From positions 94,123,348 to 94,187,347 of the forward strand of contig NC_068983.1 in NCBI RefSeq assembly GCF_001194135.2: DNA of 64,000 nt, written 5' to 3'. Positions 1-11,971 of the stretch are shown here, one piece after another. Position 1 is the stretch's first letter, and each line of letters starts with the position of its first letter. A program made the translations under genes and the position numbers. The DNA is from Octopus bimaculoides. Taxonomy: Eukaryota. The notes under the pieces are model-generated. The model ran no database searches and was not told the DNA's origin. It was given only the letters and a program-made list of their open reading frames with translations.

Positions 1-305
1 CAGTAGCGAAATGTGATTGTTTCAGTTAGTGGAATAGTTTCATTTTTAAAGTGAAAGTATTTGACATGAGTGTTTTTGTTTCACTTTTGACACGTAATAC
101 TTAAATAGTGGAGGAGATATTATGTTGCCGTGTGCTCGAACTCTGCAAGAAGTTAAAAAGATGTTTTGACTAAAATACAACTGGAACCCTAAGTAAGGCA
201 CGTGTAAAATTTGAATGAAATCGGTTGCGTAGTTCTCGAGTTTTAGGGATTCACACAGACAGACAGACAGACAGACACACATTCTCATTTTTATATATAT
301 AGATA
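1..305 (+). mobile_element. Probable 3' end of a Helitron-like non-autonomous repeat
   Basis: aaatttgaatgaaatcggttgcgtagtt...(ACAG)n...tttatatatatagat layout, recognised by resemblance only. Confidence 0.4.
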
Positions 306-532
306 TATATATATATGTATGTATGTATGTATGTATCTACTTCTGAATCAAAATAACCCCTCAAAGAGATAGTGATTATGAAATAAGAATGACTTTCCAC
401 AATAGTCATGTGTATCCCAAAATCAGAGTGGATACAGTCTTTATATCAAATTCCTTTTAAAGCTGAGGAACAACACAACTTTTGATATTCCTTGCCAGAG
501 TGTATGGTTAGTGCAGCTTCATCTGCATTGTG

Positions 533-815
533 AAGGCGCATGACTCAGTGGTTAGAGCAATTATGAAACAGTGAGTTCAAATGCCGGACTGGGCTGTATG
601 TTGTGTTCTTGAGCAAGACACTTAATTTCATGTTCACTCAGCTGTAGAAATGAGTTGTGAGGTCACTGGTGCCAAGCTGTATCAGCCTTTGCCTTTCCTT
701 TGGGTAACATTAGTGGCATGGAGAGGAAAGGCTGGTATGCATGGGCGACTGCTGGCCTTCCACAAACAACCTTGCCCAGACTTGTGCCTCAGAGGGGAAC
801 TTTTGTAGGGGTCTT
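533..815 (+). mobile_element. tRNA-derived SINE (gtgttcttgagcaagacact body); further copies 19036-19155(+), 33405-33723(-); related family 37558-37880(-)
   Basis: A-box-like tgactcagtgg and B-box-like gagttcaaatgc. The copies align with each other by eye. Confidence 0.7.
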
Positions 816-899
816 TACATTTGCATAGGCATACTTCTTATGAAGCACTATTAAAATGTTTTTTTGCTTTCAGAGATGAGAAGACTAAAGAATTTGTTA

Positions 900-1170
900 T
901 TGCGCCAAATAAGAAGCAGTACATGAGACAAATGTAATTAAAACAAAAAAATTGAGTTTTCTTTGCCCCACAATGAACCCTAGAAATTCCAATGTAGAAC
1001 CATTAAAAAAACATATGTTATCATGTAATACTCTTAGAATAGTCAGAAGAATATCATAGCAACCAAACCACATTATAACATAGTACATGCTTGTGCAACT
1101 AACCACATCAAAGGCCCTTATAAAATCAATAAACACAATGAATAGTGGTTTTGAATGGTCACTGTATTTT
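900..1170 (-). mobile_element. RTE-clade LINE RT remnant
   Basis: LLEKYSDHSKPLFIVFIDFIRAFDVVS...FGCYDILLTILRVLHD resembles the RTE 'EKxxExxxPLyxvFiDlxKAFDxV...fGCP' region. Confidence 0.75.
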
Positions 1171-1179
1171 TCCAGTAAT

Positions 1180-1410
1180 AGCATTAGTGGTGGTGGTGGT
1201 GGTGGTGACCATGGCTATGGTGGCAGCTACAGTAGTGGCAGCAGTAGAAGTGGAGGCAGTGGCACCAGCAGTGGAAGCAGAGAGAGTAGCAGAAGTGGCA
1301 GCAACAGCGAAATCAGCAGTAGCAACAGTGGAAGCAGTAAAAGTGACCGCAAAGGCAGCAGCAGCAGTAGCAGAGGCATCAGTGCCAGCAACAGCAGCAT
1401 CAGTAAAGGG
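1180..1410. repeat. Low-complexity trinucleotide tract (GGT/AGC/AGT)
   Basis: Direct reading. It generates spurious Ser/Gly/Ala ORFs on both strands. Confidence 0.9.
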
Positions 1411-2148
1411 AGCAGTTTCTTGGGCCCTTGTGACCAATAAAAGAAATTATTACTGTTATTGATAGGGTGAATGCTGACAAAATCAGTTGAGCACCACACT
1501 AAAATTCTATGAAATTTCATCCAAAAAGCTTGGGTTACCCCAACACTATGGTAAAACACCTACCTAAGATACTATACAATAGGATCAAATCCAAGACTTC
1601 ATGATTGCAAAGCAAACTTCTTATCTCCTTAGCCATCCCTATTTGAACATATTCTACAGTTGACAATAACTTTTTGTCTTATCGTGGAATTTTATTTTGA
1701 CTTCATAGTATGCAGTTTACAACAGCTTGTTTCAACATTTGATTTTAGTACTTTTTGGTATCAAGGCATTGATACTGTGTACCAAAAATCAAACATTCCA
1801 TTTTAAGTCCACAGCTTTTGAACTATTGTTGGACTTTTATCTTAGTTTATTTCTTATATCTTTCTTGGACATAGATAAAGCTTTCTCTCCATCTTTGTTA
1901 GTATATTTCAGACATGACTTTCATCTTTTACTCGTTTCAGTCTTTGGACTACAGCCATGTTGGGGCACTGCCTTGAAGCATTTTGATCAAACAAATCAAT
2001 CTCCATACTTAATTTTTAAAGCCTGGTACTTATTCTATTCATCTCTTTTACCAAAGTACTAAGTTGCAAGGGATGTGAACAAACCAACATCAGTTGTTAA
2101 GTGGTGATGCAGGACAAACACAAACATACACACACATATATATATAAA

Positions 2149-2420
2149 AATTAATAGAGGTCACAAAAGTGACGGAGGGTATTGACTAGCACCACTTATG
2201 CTAAGAGTTAAATTAACTCCAAAGCCACTAAAGCATTATACTTAACGACTGACGGAGGGAGGTAAGTCCCTAGCAATATGGCTGTATACACTAGAGACTT
2301 ACCTCCCTTCGTCAGTCATCAAGTATAGAGCTTTAGTGGCTTTGGAGTTAATTTCATTCTTATTTTAGCATAAGCAGTGCTAGTCAGTACCTTCTGTCAC
2401 TTTTGTGACCTCTATTAATT
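2149..2420. repeat. Fold-back element, about 125-bp inverted arms
   Basis: aattaatagaggtcacaaaagtgac... is the reverse complement of ...gtcacttttgtgacctctattaatt. Same family as 3930-4402, and both are followed by ...aattgctaataagccaccc. Confidence 0.85.
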
Positions 2421-2563
2421 TTGCGTTTAGGTTCTAATTGCTAATAAGCCACCCTTTTAATTTGTTATATATATATATACATATATATATATAAAGAATA
2501 AGGAGAAAATGGAGAGGTGATTAATAAAATACTATTTATTAATTATAAAATGTGACAACATCT

Positions 2564-2643
2564 CTGACAGCTGTTTCAATTCAGTAATCTTCAGATAATT
2601 AATTTATAAAATTAAAATCATTATAAGATTAATCTCTTCAGAG
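2564..2643 (-). ncRNA. Hammerhead motif with intact core, weak stem I
   Basis: ct-CTGAAGA-gatt...aatt-GAAAC-AGCT-GTC-ag. The AGCT loop is palindromic. Only 2 bp of stem I are certain. Confidence 0.5.
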
Positions 2644-2797
2644 GTAGTAAAGATATACCAATTAGAAATACATGTTGAGATAACGACTGCAAACTGTTAA
2701 TGGTTTGCAGCCATTATCTCAACATGTATTTCTAATTGGTATATCTTAACTACTTTTGAAGAGATTTATCTAATAATGATTTTAATTTTATAAATTA

Positions 2798-3262
2798 ACC
2801 ATTTTGAGTGTGGCCATTGCCAGTACCGCCTGACTGGCCTTCGTAGGATTTTCAAGCAAGATCGTTGCCAGTGCCCCTGGACTGGCTCTTGTGTGGGTGG
2901 TACATAAAATACACCATTTTGAGCGTGGCTGTTGCCAGTACCGCCTGACTGGCCTTCGTAGGGTTTTCGAGCGAGACTGTTGCCAGTACCCCTGGACTGG
3001 CTCTTGTGCAGATGGCACATAAAATACACCATCTTGAGCGTGGCCGTTGCCAGTACCGCCTGACTGGCCTTCGTGCATGTGACACGTAAAAGCACCCACT
3101 ACACTCTCTGAGTGGTTGGCGTTAGGAAGGGCATCCAGCCGTAGAAACTCTGCCAAATCAGATTGGAGCCTGGTGTAGCCATCTGGTTTCACCAGTCCTC
3201 AGTCAAATCGTCCAACCCATGCTAGCATGGAAAGCAGACGTTAAACGACGATGATGATGATG
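2798..3262 (+). mobile_element. SINE/RTE-tail family C with internal 115-bp tandem units; other copies about 3488-3850(-), 43855-44095(-), 47840-48050(-), 60345-60555(+)
   Basis: Units start at 2798, 2913 and 3028. Ends ...catggaaagcagacgttaaacgacgatgatgatgatg. Confidence 0.85.
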
Positions 3263-3929
3263 AATTATTTAAAGATAACTGAATCGAAACAGCTGTCAGA
3301 GATGTTGTCACATTTTATAATTAATAAATAGTATTTTATTAATTACCTCTCTATTTTCTCCTTATTCTTTGAATACATAAATATATGAACCATGGTTTAT
3401 AGTTGAACTTTCTATGGATTGGTAACTAACCAGTATTTTCATTGGATTTCATTATCCCTTAATGAGGTTTATAACCTTTATTTGAATATATCATCATCAT
3501 CGTTGTCGTTTAACGTCCACTTTCCATGTTGGCATTTGTTGGACAGTTTGACTGAGGACTGGCAAGCCAAAAAGCTGCACCAGGCTCCAATCTGATCCTG
3601 CAAAGTTTCTACAGCTGGATGCCCTTAAGAGTGTAGTGGGTGCTTTTACGTGCCACCAGCACGAGGGCCAGTGACACTACTGACAACGACCATGCTCAAA
3701 AGGTATTTTTTACATGCCAGCGGCATGGGAGCCAGTCAGCAGCCCTGGAAATAAACATGCTTGGATGGTGCTTATAACGTTCTACTAATCCAGTGGTACT
3801 GTCATCGGCCACGTCAGTGATTTTGATTTCACTTGCCTCAACAGGTCTTCACAAGCAGTTTATTTTCCAATGAATGAAGGGTACTTATAAGTGGGCTGGT
3901 TATACACTACTGGCATCACTGGCATATAT

Positions 3930-4402
3930 ATAGACATCACTAAAGTGACAGAGGGTACTAAGTAGTACTAGCATTGCTAGAAATAAGAGTCAAAACAACT
4001 CAATAGCCACAGAAGCATTATCTTAATAACTGACAAAGGAGACAAGCTCCTTAGTGGTGGACATAGCCAGATCACCAGTGATTTCAAATTTTGATGCAGA
4101 GCATCTTAATTCTCATCAGTGGCTCTTACCGCACCTAGGGTTAAATTCAACTCACCTTGCCAGCTTATAAGAAATCTGTTGAACTGATATGCTGATTTCA
4201 AAATCAGTAAGAGCCACCGATAAGAATTAAGATAAGCTGCATCAAAATTTGAAATCACCAGTGATCTGGCTATGTCTACAAGGAAGCTTGTTTCCCTTGT
4301 CAGTCATTAAGATAGTGCTTCTGTGGCTATTGAGTTGTTTTTACTCTCATTTCTAGCAATGCTGATACTACTTAGTATGCTCTGTCACTTTATAGACATC
4401 TA
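3930..4402. repeat. Fold-back element, about 200-bp arms
   Basis: 3930-4130 is the imperfect reverse complement of 4206-4402. There is a hammerhead motif at the inner end of each arm. Confidence 0.85.
4065..4124 (-). ncRNA. Type I hammerhead ribozyme, intact core (AUC site)
   Basis: Minus strand reads agcca-CTGATGA-gaattaagatgctctgcatcaaaattt-GAAA-tcactggtg-ATC-tggct. 5-bp stem I, stem II gaatt/aattt plus gatgc/gcatc, near-palindromic stem III. A decayed mirror copy (CCGATAA core) lies on + at 4212-4271. Confidence 0.72.
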
Positions 4403-5503
4403 TAAATTTGCCTTTAGGTTGTTAAATTGCTAATAAGCCACCCATATTATTTGTATGTACAAATATATGGTTCACAGATGAGATCCAGATATTCTCTGTA
4501 TAGAAGATACTTAGTGCTCAAAAAATTCAAACTTAGACTCCAATGTCTTTACAGAAGATCATTCCACAAGGTAACTGTCATTTGTACTCTGTGTAAGTTG
4601 GACCTATTTATATAAATAAATATATATATATATATATTTATTTATTTATTTTGTACATATAAATTCATCATTAATCATCTGAAAGTTTCTACCTTTTACT
4701 TTCTCTCATTTTTGCATGTATACATATAAACATACATTGTATTTTATGTACTTAATATATTTATTATATTTGATGTGTTTAATTTGCTTATCCTAATAAT
4801 TGTTTATAGTAGAAGATACTTGCCCAAGGTGTCATGTAGTAGGACTTAACCCAGAACTATGTGATTTAGCAGCAAACTTCTTACCACACAGCCATGCCTG
4901 CACCTAAGAAATGAAGTTACTTTGTGAAACATCTTTGTAAAGCTCTCTATTTGCATCATAAGTATATCCTATCTAAATTAGCTTTACCATGGTGGATTTA
5001 AAATGCACATTCTGGGTTTCTGATCTAGGATCCTTGAAACTGCAATTTTTGATTGGGATGGCTTGGATCTTTTACCTCTCATCTTTTACTTGTTTCAGTC
5101 ATTGAACGGTGGCCATGCTGGGGCACCATCTCAAAAGTTTTTAGTTGAATGAATTGACTCCAGCACTTTTTTTTTAGTCTCATACTTATTCTATCAATCT
5201 GAACTGCTAAGTTATGAGGACATAAACAAACCAGCACCAGTTGTCAAGCAGTGGTAAGAGACAAACACACACACACACACACACACATATGCACATGTGT
5301 GTGTGTGTGTAAAGGTAAAAATCCACGGATCAAGGTGTAGGAAGTTGATAAGCTTTAAGCAGTCTGTAGAAGGTATAAAAAACAACTTTCAGGAACAATA
5401 GTGGTTTATTGACATAGAAGATGATAAATTTTTTCCATATCAAAGTTCAGTAAACTGAAAAAAAGGTTATTTTATAGTTCATGGTTGCTGTGTATGTGAA
5501 TAA

Positions 5504-5850
5504 AATCCAAATTTAGGAAATGGAGTAGATAAAATCCAGGCTACATATGTTTCATAGCTAGCCAAACCTCAGAAGTAGTAATTACCCAAACAAGGGTAAT
5601 CTGCTAGCTACTTGTCATGCCAAACATACCTTAAGGTTACATTGTTGTTAAGGGATTTCATGTAAACTCACAGGAGATTTGATTGAAAATGTGACAACGT
5701 AACCTTCATTTGACTAAGGTATCTTTGGCCTGATGAGTAGCTAGCAGATTACCCCTCATTTGGATAATTATGATACTACTTCTGAGGTTCTGCTAACAAG
5801 GAAACATATGTAGCCTGGATTTTATCTACTCCACTTCCTAAATTTGGATT
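5504..5850. repeat. Fold-back element, about 135-bp arms
   Basis: aatccaaatttaggaaatggagtagataaaatccaggctacatatgtttc... is mirrored by ...gaaacatatgtagcctggattttatctactccacttcctaaatttggatt. Confidence 0.85.
5727..5815 (+). ncRNA. Degenerate type I hammerhead motif (GUA site)
   Basis: ggc-CTGATGA-gtagctagcag...ctgctaacaag-GAAAC-ATAT-GTA-gcc. The core is intact but the base of stem II is damaged. The mirror copy on - at 5539-5621 has a good stem II and a damaged core (ATGACAA). Confidence 0.55.
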
Positions 5851-6279
5851 ATATATATACATGCACACATGCGATGGACTTCTTTCACTTTTTGTCTACC
5901 AAATCCATTCATAAGGCTTTGTTCACCCTGAGGCTATAGTAGAAGACACTTGTCCCAGGTGTCACACAGTGGGACTGGACCTAGAACCATGTGGTTTGAT
6001 AGCAATTTTCTAACTATTCACCCACATACATGCCTATTAATTTTCTTGCATTTATAGTTATATTAGTAGAGTATTTTAATTATATATATTTACATAAAGA
6101 AGTCAGAAATCAAGACAGTGGTTGAAGATGTATGCATGGATGTATGTGTGTATGCTTATATACATGCATCAATGTTATACTGACCCAGTAGTAGGTTACT
6201 ATAATTAATGATACTCCTCCCTCAAATATGAGGCTTTGTGCTTATATTAGAAAACATCATTATGATTATTTGCTTATCT

Positions 6280-6880
6280 ACAAAGAAGAAGGGAGGGAGA
6301 GAGCAGGAGACTGGAGCAGAGGGCAGGGGGGAGAAGGAAAATGGAAGGAGGAGGGGAAGATGAGAGGAATGTGAAAGAAGGGGGGAAGAGGAAGGGGAGG
6401 AGGCTGGGAGAGAGAGAGGAGGGAGGAGAGGAGACAAGTAGGGGAGGAGCAGGGTATGGGAGTGGAGACGAGAGGGGGAGATGGGAAGGGGGGATGGGGA
6501 AGAGTTGTGCAGAAAGAGAGGGGATGGGGAAGAGTTGTGCAGAAAGAGAGGGGAAGGGGATAAAGATGAGAAGAGGGGGAGGAGAAGAGGATGAAGATGG
6601 GAAGGAGGGAGGAAAGAAGGATAAAGTGGAGGAGGGGGAGAGAAGATAGAGGGGAGGATTGGGAAAGGGAGGAGAGGAGTTGTGGGAGGAATGCAAGAAG
6701 GGTGAGGAGGAGGTGGAGGAAGCAAAAGGCANNNNNNNNNNNNNNNNNNNNNNNNNNNNNNNNNNNNNNNNNNNNNNNNNNNNNNNNNNNNNNNNNNNNN
6801 NNNNNNNNNGGGCTGGAGGAGTTGAATGGAGGGGAGGGGGGGAAAAGTAGGTGGGGAGGGGGAGGAAAAGGAGAAGGAAG
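6280..6880. repeat. Purine-rich (GA) low-complexity tract with 30-bp duplication at 6491-6550
   Basis: Direct reading. It spans an N gap. Confidence 0.9.
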
Positions 6881-7800
6881 ATAACAGTAACAACAGCTAT
6901 TAGAAAAAGAGACTAATGGTTATGTTTATACAAATACCTGATAACCAAATTACATGATTTTTTTTCTTCTCCACCTGAAACTTAATTTGTCAACACATTT
7001 TATATAAACTATATTCAAATTTCGTTTTGTCTTTATATATTTTTGAAACTTTATAAGTTTTTATCAGGATTTCTATGTCAATATTGTGATTATATAAGCC
7101 ATATTTTTGTTTTTAATCCCTCTTAATTTAACTGTCAATATCTATCTGAAGGGTATTTTTTTGGATAGACACATTAATTTAAATCAAAATATTTTCACAC
7201 TTTTATAGAGTTTTGTAAATTGCAATCTGCATGGGTGTGAGTGTATTTCATTCAAACCATATGCATGCAGACATAAACATATACACATAACATAGGGATA
7301 CACTCTTAAATATAGTTAAAAACACATACCCACATAAGCATACACAGGCATACTTCATAGACACTAAGCTTTCTTCCCAACTACATCATTCTGGGTTCAG
7401 TTTCATTGCATGGCACCTTGGATAAGTGTCTTCTACAACAGCCTGTGGCTGACCATAGTGAGTGAATTTGGTAGGCAGAGCCTGAAAGAAGTCCATTGTG
7501 TGTGTGTATGTGTGTGTGTGTGTGTGTGCACGCATGCATGTGTGTGTGTGTGTGTGTGTGAGGACATTAAAATGAGGTAGTTTTGGTAAAGCATTGTGAG
7601 GTATAACTTTAAAGAATGTAGTCCTTCCTAGGTAGTACAGTGGTAAGTGTCCCCACCAGCCATTAACAACAAGAAGAAACTACATGGAGTAGACTGGTTG
7701 CTATAGCAACAACAGTCCATGTATGTCACCTTCTTCCTCCCCCCCCCCCACCTCTGCCACATATCTGAGCAACAGTCTTTTCCAACTACCACTTCTTCGA

Positions 7801-7840
7801 ATGTCCTGAAGAAGAGGTCTTCACTCTGAAATATAGAAAT
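7801..7840 (+). ncRNA. Degenerate loop-less minimal hammerhead motif
   Basis: atgtc-CTGAAGA-agag(gtcttca)ctct-GAAA-TATA-gaaat. Perfect 4-bp stem II and 4/5-bp stem I. GAAATATA is read as CpG-decayed GAAACGTA (inference). Confidence 0.45.
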
Positions 7841-8723
7841 ACAAAGTAAAACTGCAACTGTTTTCTTTTTACTTTCTCACATTGTTTCGGCTACTTTTGT
7901 TATTTCAGGTACTTTTGTTATTTAGAATACTTCAATTCTATTGGATCATGAATTTTATAATATACATATATCTTTGTGCATGTGTCTTTGTATGTGTGTT
8001 TGTCCCCCTACTACTGCTTAACAACCAGTGTCGGTTCATTTCTGTCCCTGTAACTTAGTGATTCAGCAAAAGAGACCGATAAAATAAGTACCAGGCTTAA
8101 AAAAATTAATTACTGGGGCTAGTTTGTTCAACTAAACTCTTCAAAGCAGTGCCCCAGCATGGCAGCAAACAAATGACTGAAACAAGTAAAAAATACAAAA
8201 TAACACATCAATCCTAAAATTGCAAAACAATTCGTTACTGAGCAGTTTAGCATTTTGGTAAAGCACTTGATGTGTAATCACAGGGATGTGAGTTTGAGTC
8301 TCATGGCTGGCCAGTAACGATTTTTTCTGCAATATATGGATAGTTTATCCTGTTCATGCTATTGTATTAGCATTATCATGCATTTGAGAATAAATTATTT
8401 CTGTATCTTACATAAATCTATGTACATCTGTAACAGTATTAATAGTAAACCTACAATAACTAAATTATATACTAAATAGCAACCAATCTTTAAGTCCATA
8501 CAAATAATAATTCCACCAGTCTTCCATAGTTACTCTGGAAGACTGAGGTGTAGGAAGAAAGTTAGCTTTAAGCAATTCATAGTGAATATAAAAAAACAAC
8601 TTTCAGTGGTTTATTGAGGTGGAAGGGTGTGGATTTTTTCGTATTAAAGTACATTAAACTGAAAAAAATTTTTTTAATTATTTCACGGTAGGCAACCAGG
8701 GTTACCAAGTATGTAAATAAGAA

Positions 8724-8898
8724 TACAAGAGTGAAGGAATGGAGTAGATAAGATCTGGGCTACATATTTCATAGTGAGCAAAACCTCAGAGGTGGTAAAT
8801 ATCCAGGTGAGGTGTATACCACAGGCTAAGGGTATCTTGGTTCCAATCACTATGAAACATATGTAGCCTGGATCTTATCTACTCCATTCCTTAACTCT

Positions 8899-8902
<4 letters not shown>
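8724..8902. repeat. Shorter fold-back of the same family as 5504-5850
   Basis: About 50-bp arms containing GAAACATATGTAgcc. Shares the upstream flank (ggtgtaggaag...aaaaaacaactttcag) with 5330-5500. Confidence 0.8.
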
Positions 8903-8936
<34 letters not shown>

Positions 8937-9336
8937 AATATGTGTGTCTTGGTGCCTGTATTTGTTCCTCACCATTGTTTACATCCCCAATGTACTCATA
9001 GGTTAATGGTTCACCAAAAGAGACTAACAGAATAAATACCAGGCATTAAAATATATATATATTACTTGGTGATATTTAAACTCAGAACATAAAGAGCTGG
9101 AAGAAATGCCACCAAATATTTTTGTCAGAAACAGTAACAATTCTGCGAAGTAATAATAATTTTTAGCATTGGCACAAGATCAGAAATTTTGAAGGGTGGC
9201 TGAGTCAATTAAGTCAACTCTAGTTTTTGATGAGCACTTGTTTTATCAAACATGGAAAGATGAAAGGAAAACTGAACAATAGGAAGGTTTGAACTTGAAA
9301 CAAAAAAATTATCCAAATATTGCATAGTATTTAAAC

Positions 9337-9695
9337 CAGAGTGTCCCAAGCTATTTTTCCCCAAGTCCTACTATAACTTTCCAGAAAAATGTATGCCCCA
9401 CTAGTAGTTGGAAAAAAAAACAACTTTATTTTTAATATTTCATAATAATACACTTTATTTTAAGAAATATCCACACTAGAGCATCAGAATAGCACAATAC
9501 TGTAGCAAACAGTCTTCACACAGTATGCTTGGCTGGAGGGATTGGTTTAGCTTGGCTGAATATAGAGGTACTATGTCTGCTATGAAAAAATTTTTGAATT
9601 CTATGTCCCACTAAAAAACAATTTGTATATCATACACCACCACAATTTTCCCAGGCCTCACCAGGGAGGTGTATGCCCCATGTTGGGAATCACTG
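9337..9695. mobile_element. hAT (Charlie/Buster-type) MITE, 359 bp
   Basis: Perfect 8-bp TSD ATTTAAAC (9329-9336 and 9696-9703). Imperfect TIRs cagagtgtcccaag / gttgggaatcactg. Confidence 0.85.
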
Positions 9696-10177
9696 ATTTA
9701 AACTATCACCAACCCATAGCATAATGATGGCAGCAATGATAATGGTTTCCATTTCTTTTGTACAAACTTTGCCTACTTCTTAGTACCAATTGATCTGTAC
9801 TAAACCACCAATTATCATGGAGCCCATCTCCACTTTGGTTTCCAAAGTTTAAGTTTGGCAGATTTAAATATCTGCCAAAGCTTCGATGTAGTGGTTGAAG
9901 CTGCTAAAAATAGTAGCCAAATCATTCACCAAATGTACCTCACTCTCTTAAAACAGAAGGCACACATTGGATAATGTAGGTTTAATTGTAGCATGCCTGA
10001 ATAAAAAAAGATAGTGCTAGTCACAGCTTCTACAAGTTTGATTAAAAGTTTACTTGATCAAGACTAATCTGAAAGCTAAACAATATTCTCCACTCCATCT
10101 GACTAGTGATGGAATGAATACAATATAAATAATATGAATAATAATTCCAATAAAATACAAGCCAAAACGGCTAAATC

Positions 10178-11971
10178 GTGTCAGCTAGAACTTGTGATTC
10201 TCATGTTGGCTCCATATACAATTGTTGAAATCTCTAAGTTCATATGTTATTATAAATTGGTCTGTGACCTCTTCAATCTCTCTAAACAGAACAGAAAACT
10301 AGAAAAAATTTTAATAAGTAATATCAAATATATAAATAAATAACATATTTGCCTGCTCAAGTAATATTTATAAGGGGGCAGACACCTATTTGCATGTATT
10401 AATTTTTCTCATGCAGTAATGTATCAGCAATGAAGTTGGCACTGGTGTTGGGAGAGACAAAATTATGAACAAGACGTTTAGGAGTTAGCCCAATATTAAG
10501 CAAGCCATATGGCTGCCATCCAGCAACTAGATAACAAAACAGAGATCAATAGATGGCTAGAAGCAAAATCTTGACATAAAATCTAAAAATACTCTTTATA
10601 TGTACAAAACTGAAATGAAGCAAAAGTTTTATACATATACTGTTTATTACATTGCAATGTGTTTTACTGAGTTAATCACTTAACTGAATCTTAAATCTTA
10701 TGCATGCATTACAAAATAAGATATTTTATTGTGAATATAATTATACATAGGTTCACACACACACACACATGCATGCACACACTCATATACATACAGACAG
10801 ACACACACTCATATACACACATACAGACACACACATGCATACATGCACACACACTTCATGCATATATACATGATGGCTGCCAGCCTACATTTTGAACAAG
10901 ATCTATTATTTGATTATAAGTGGAGTGGACTGTTATATGTTGTTTGTATTTTTTATGAAGTATTTCCTAAGAGATACTATTTTATTAGTCTTTCACACAT
11001 ACACAAAACAGAGTCCCCTATATTCAAAGAAAGTTTTTTTAAATTCTGAAAAAGACATTAAAAAAAAAACAAATATTGTAGTATTATTTTTAAATAATAA
11101 AAATTACATTGAATAATTGATTTGCAACTTCAGAATAAATGATGCAAGAGAAACAACCAACAATAGTATTTTTCATTTTAAAACAGTCAATATGTTTCTA
11201 CATTTGTCATAACAAAATCGTTTCACAAGCCAAACAACAATGCACACAGATATATACACACCAAATTCAACATCCCTATTCCAATAAAAAAAATTTTTAA
11301 ATACAAATGCAGAATAATCGGAAGAATTTAAAGAAATTAGTGATGCTGTGTATAAGTAAGTGTGAGATCAGTAAAAAATTTTTAAAATGAGAAAAAATAT
11401 CTAATATTTCAGACAGGCCCTTTAATCATTTCTGTTGAAAGTCTCTATGCAAAGCATAAGGCATATTTACTCACACAGCATACCCACAATGCCTTCTTTT
11501 TTAGTCTTTTATTCTTTTTACTTGTTTCAGTCACTCGATTGTGACCATGCTGGAGCAGTGCTTTCAAGTGTTATTAGTTAATGATATCAAAACCAGCGGT
11601 TATTTGAAGTCTAGTACTTATTTCATCTCTCTTTGTGATGAGTCACTAAATTGTGTCAGTTAGCTAGAATTTTATTTGTGAGTCTCAAGTTGGCTCCATA
11701 TTACAATTGTTGAAATCTCTAAGTTCATATGTTATTATAAATTGGTCTGTGACCTCTTCAATCTCTCTAAACAGAACAGAAAACTAGAAACGTTTTTATA
11801 AGTAATATCAAATATATAAATAAATAACATATTTGCCTGCTCAAGTAATATTTATAAGGGGACAGACACCTATTTGCATGTATTAATTTTTCTCATGCAG
11901 TAATGTATCAGCAATGGAGTTGGCACTGGTGTTGGGAGAGACAAAATTATGAACAAGACGTTTAAGAGTTA
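10178..11971 (+). repeat. About 310-bp direct repeat (10178-10487 / 11653-11971)
   Basis: Near-identical copies about 1.48 kb apart. Not seen elsewhere in the window. Confidence 0.92.

Larger units (their letters stand above)
2493..3370. repeat. Fold-back element, about 205-bp arms, right arm split by a SINE
   Basis: Left arm 2493-2695, apex tgcaaac-tgttaatg-gtttgca, right arm 2703-2797 plus 3263-3370. Confidence 0.85.

Noticed and set aside
1087-1559. Gly/Ser-, Ala/Val- and Leu-rich overlapping ORFs
   Set aside because: A trinucleotide low-complexity tract is open in several frames on both strands, with no splice or domain support.
2798-3075. Regular repeat units suggesting a CRISPR array (also 57861-57985)
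   Set aside because: These are head-to-tail tandem units without unique spacers, in a eukaryotic context with no cas genes.
6222-6893. Pro/Ser- and Gly/Glu-rich ORFs
   Set aside because: They come from a purine-rich low-complexity tract that spans a gap.
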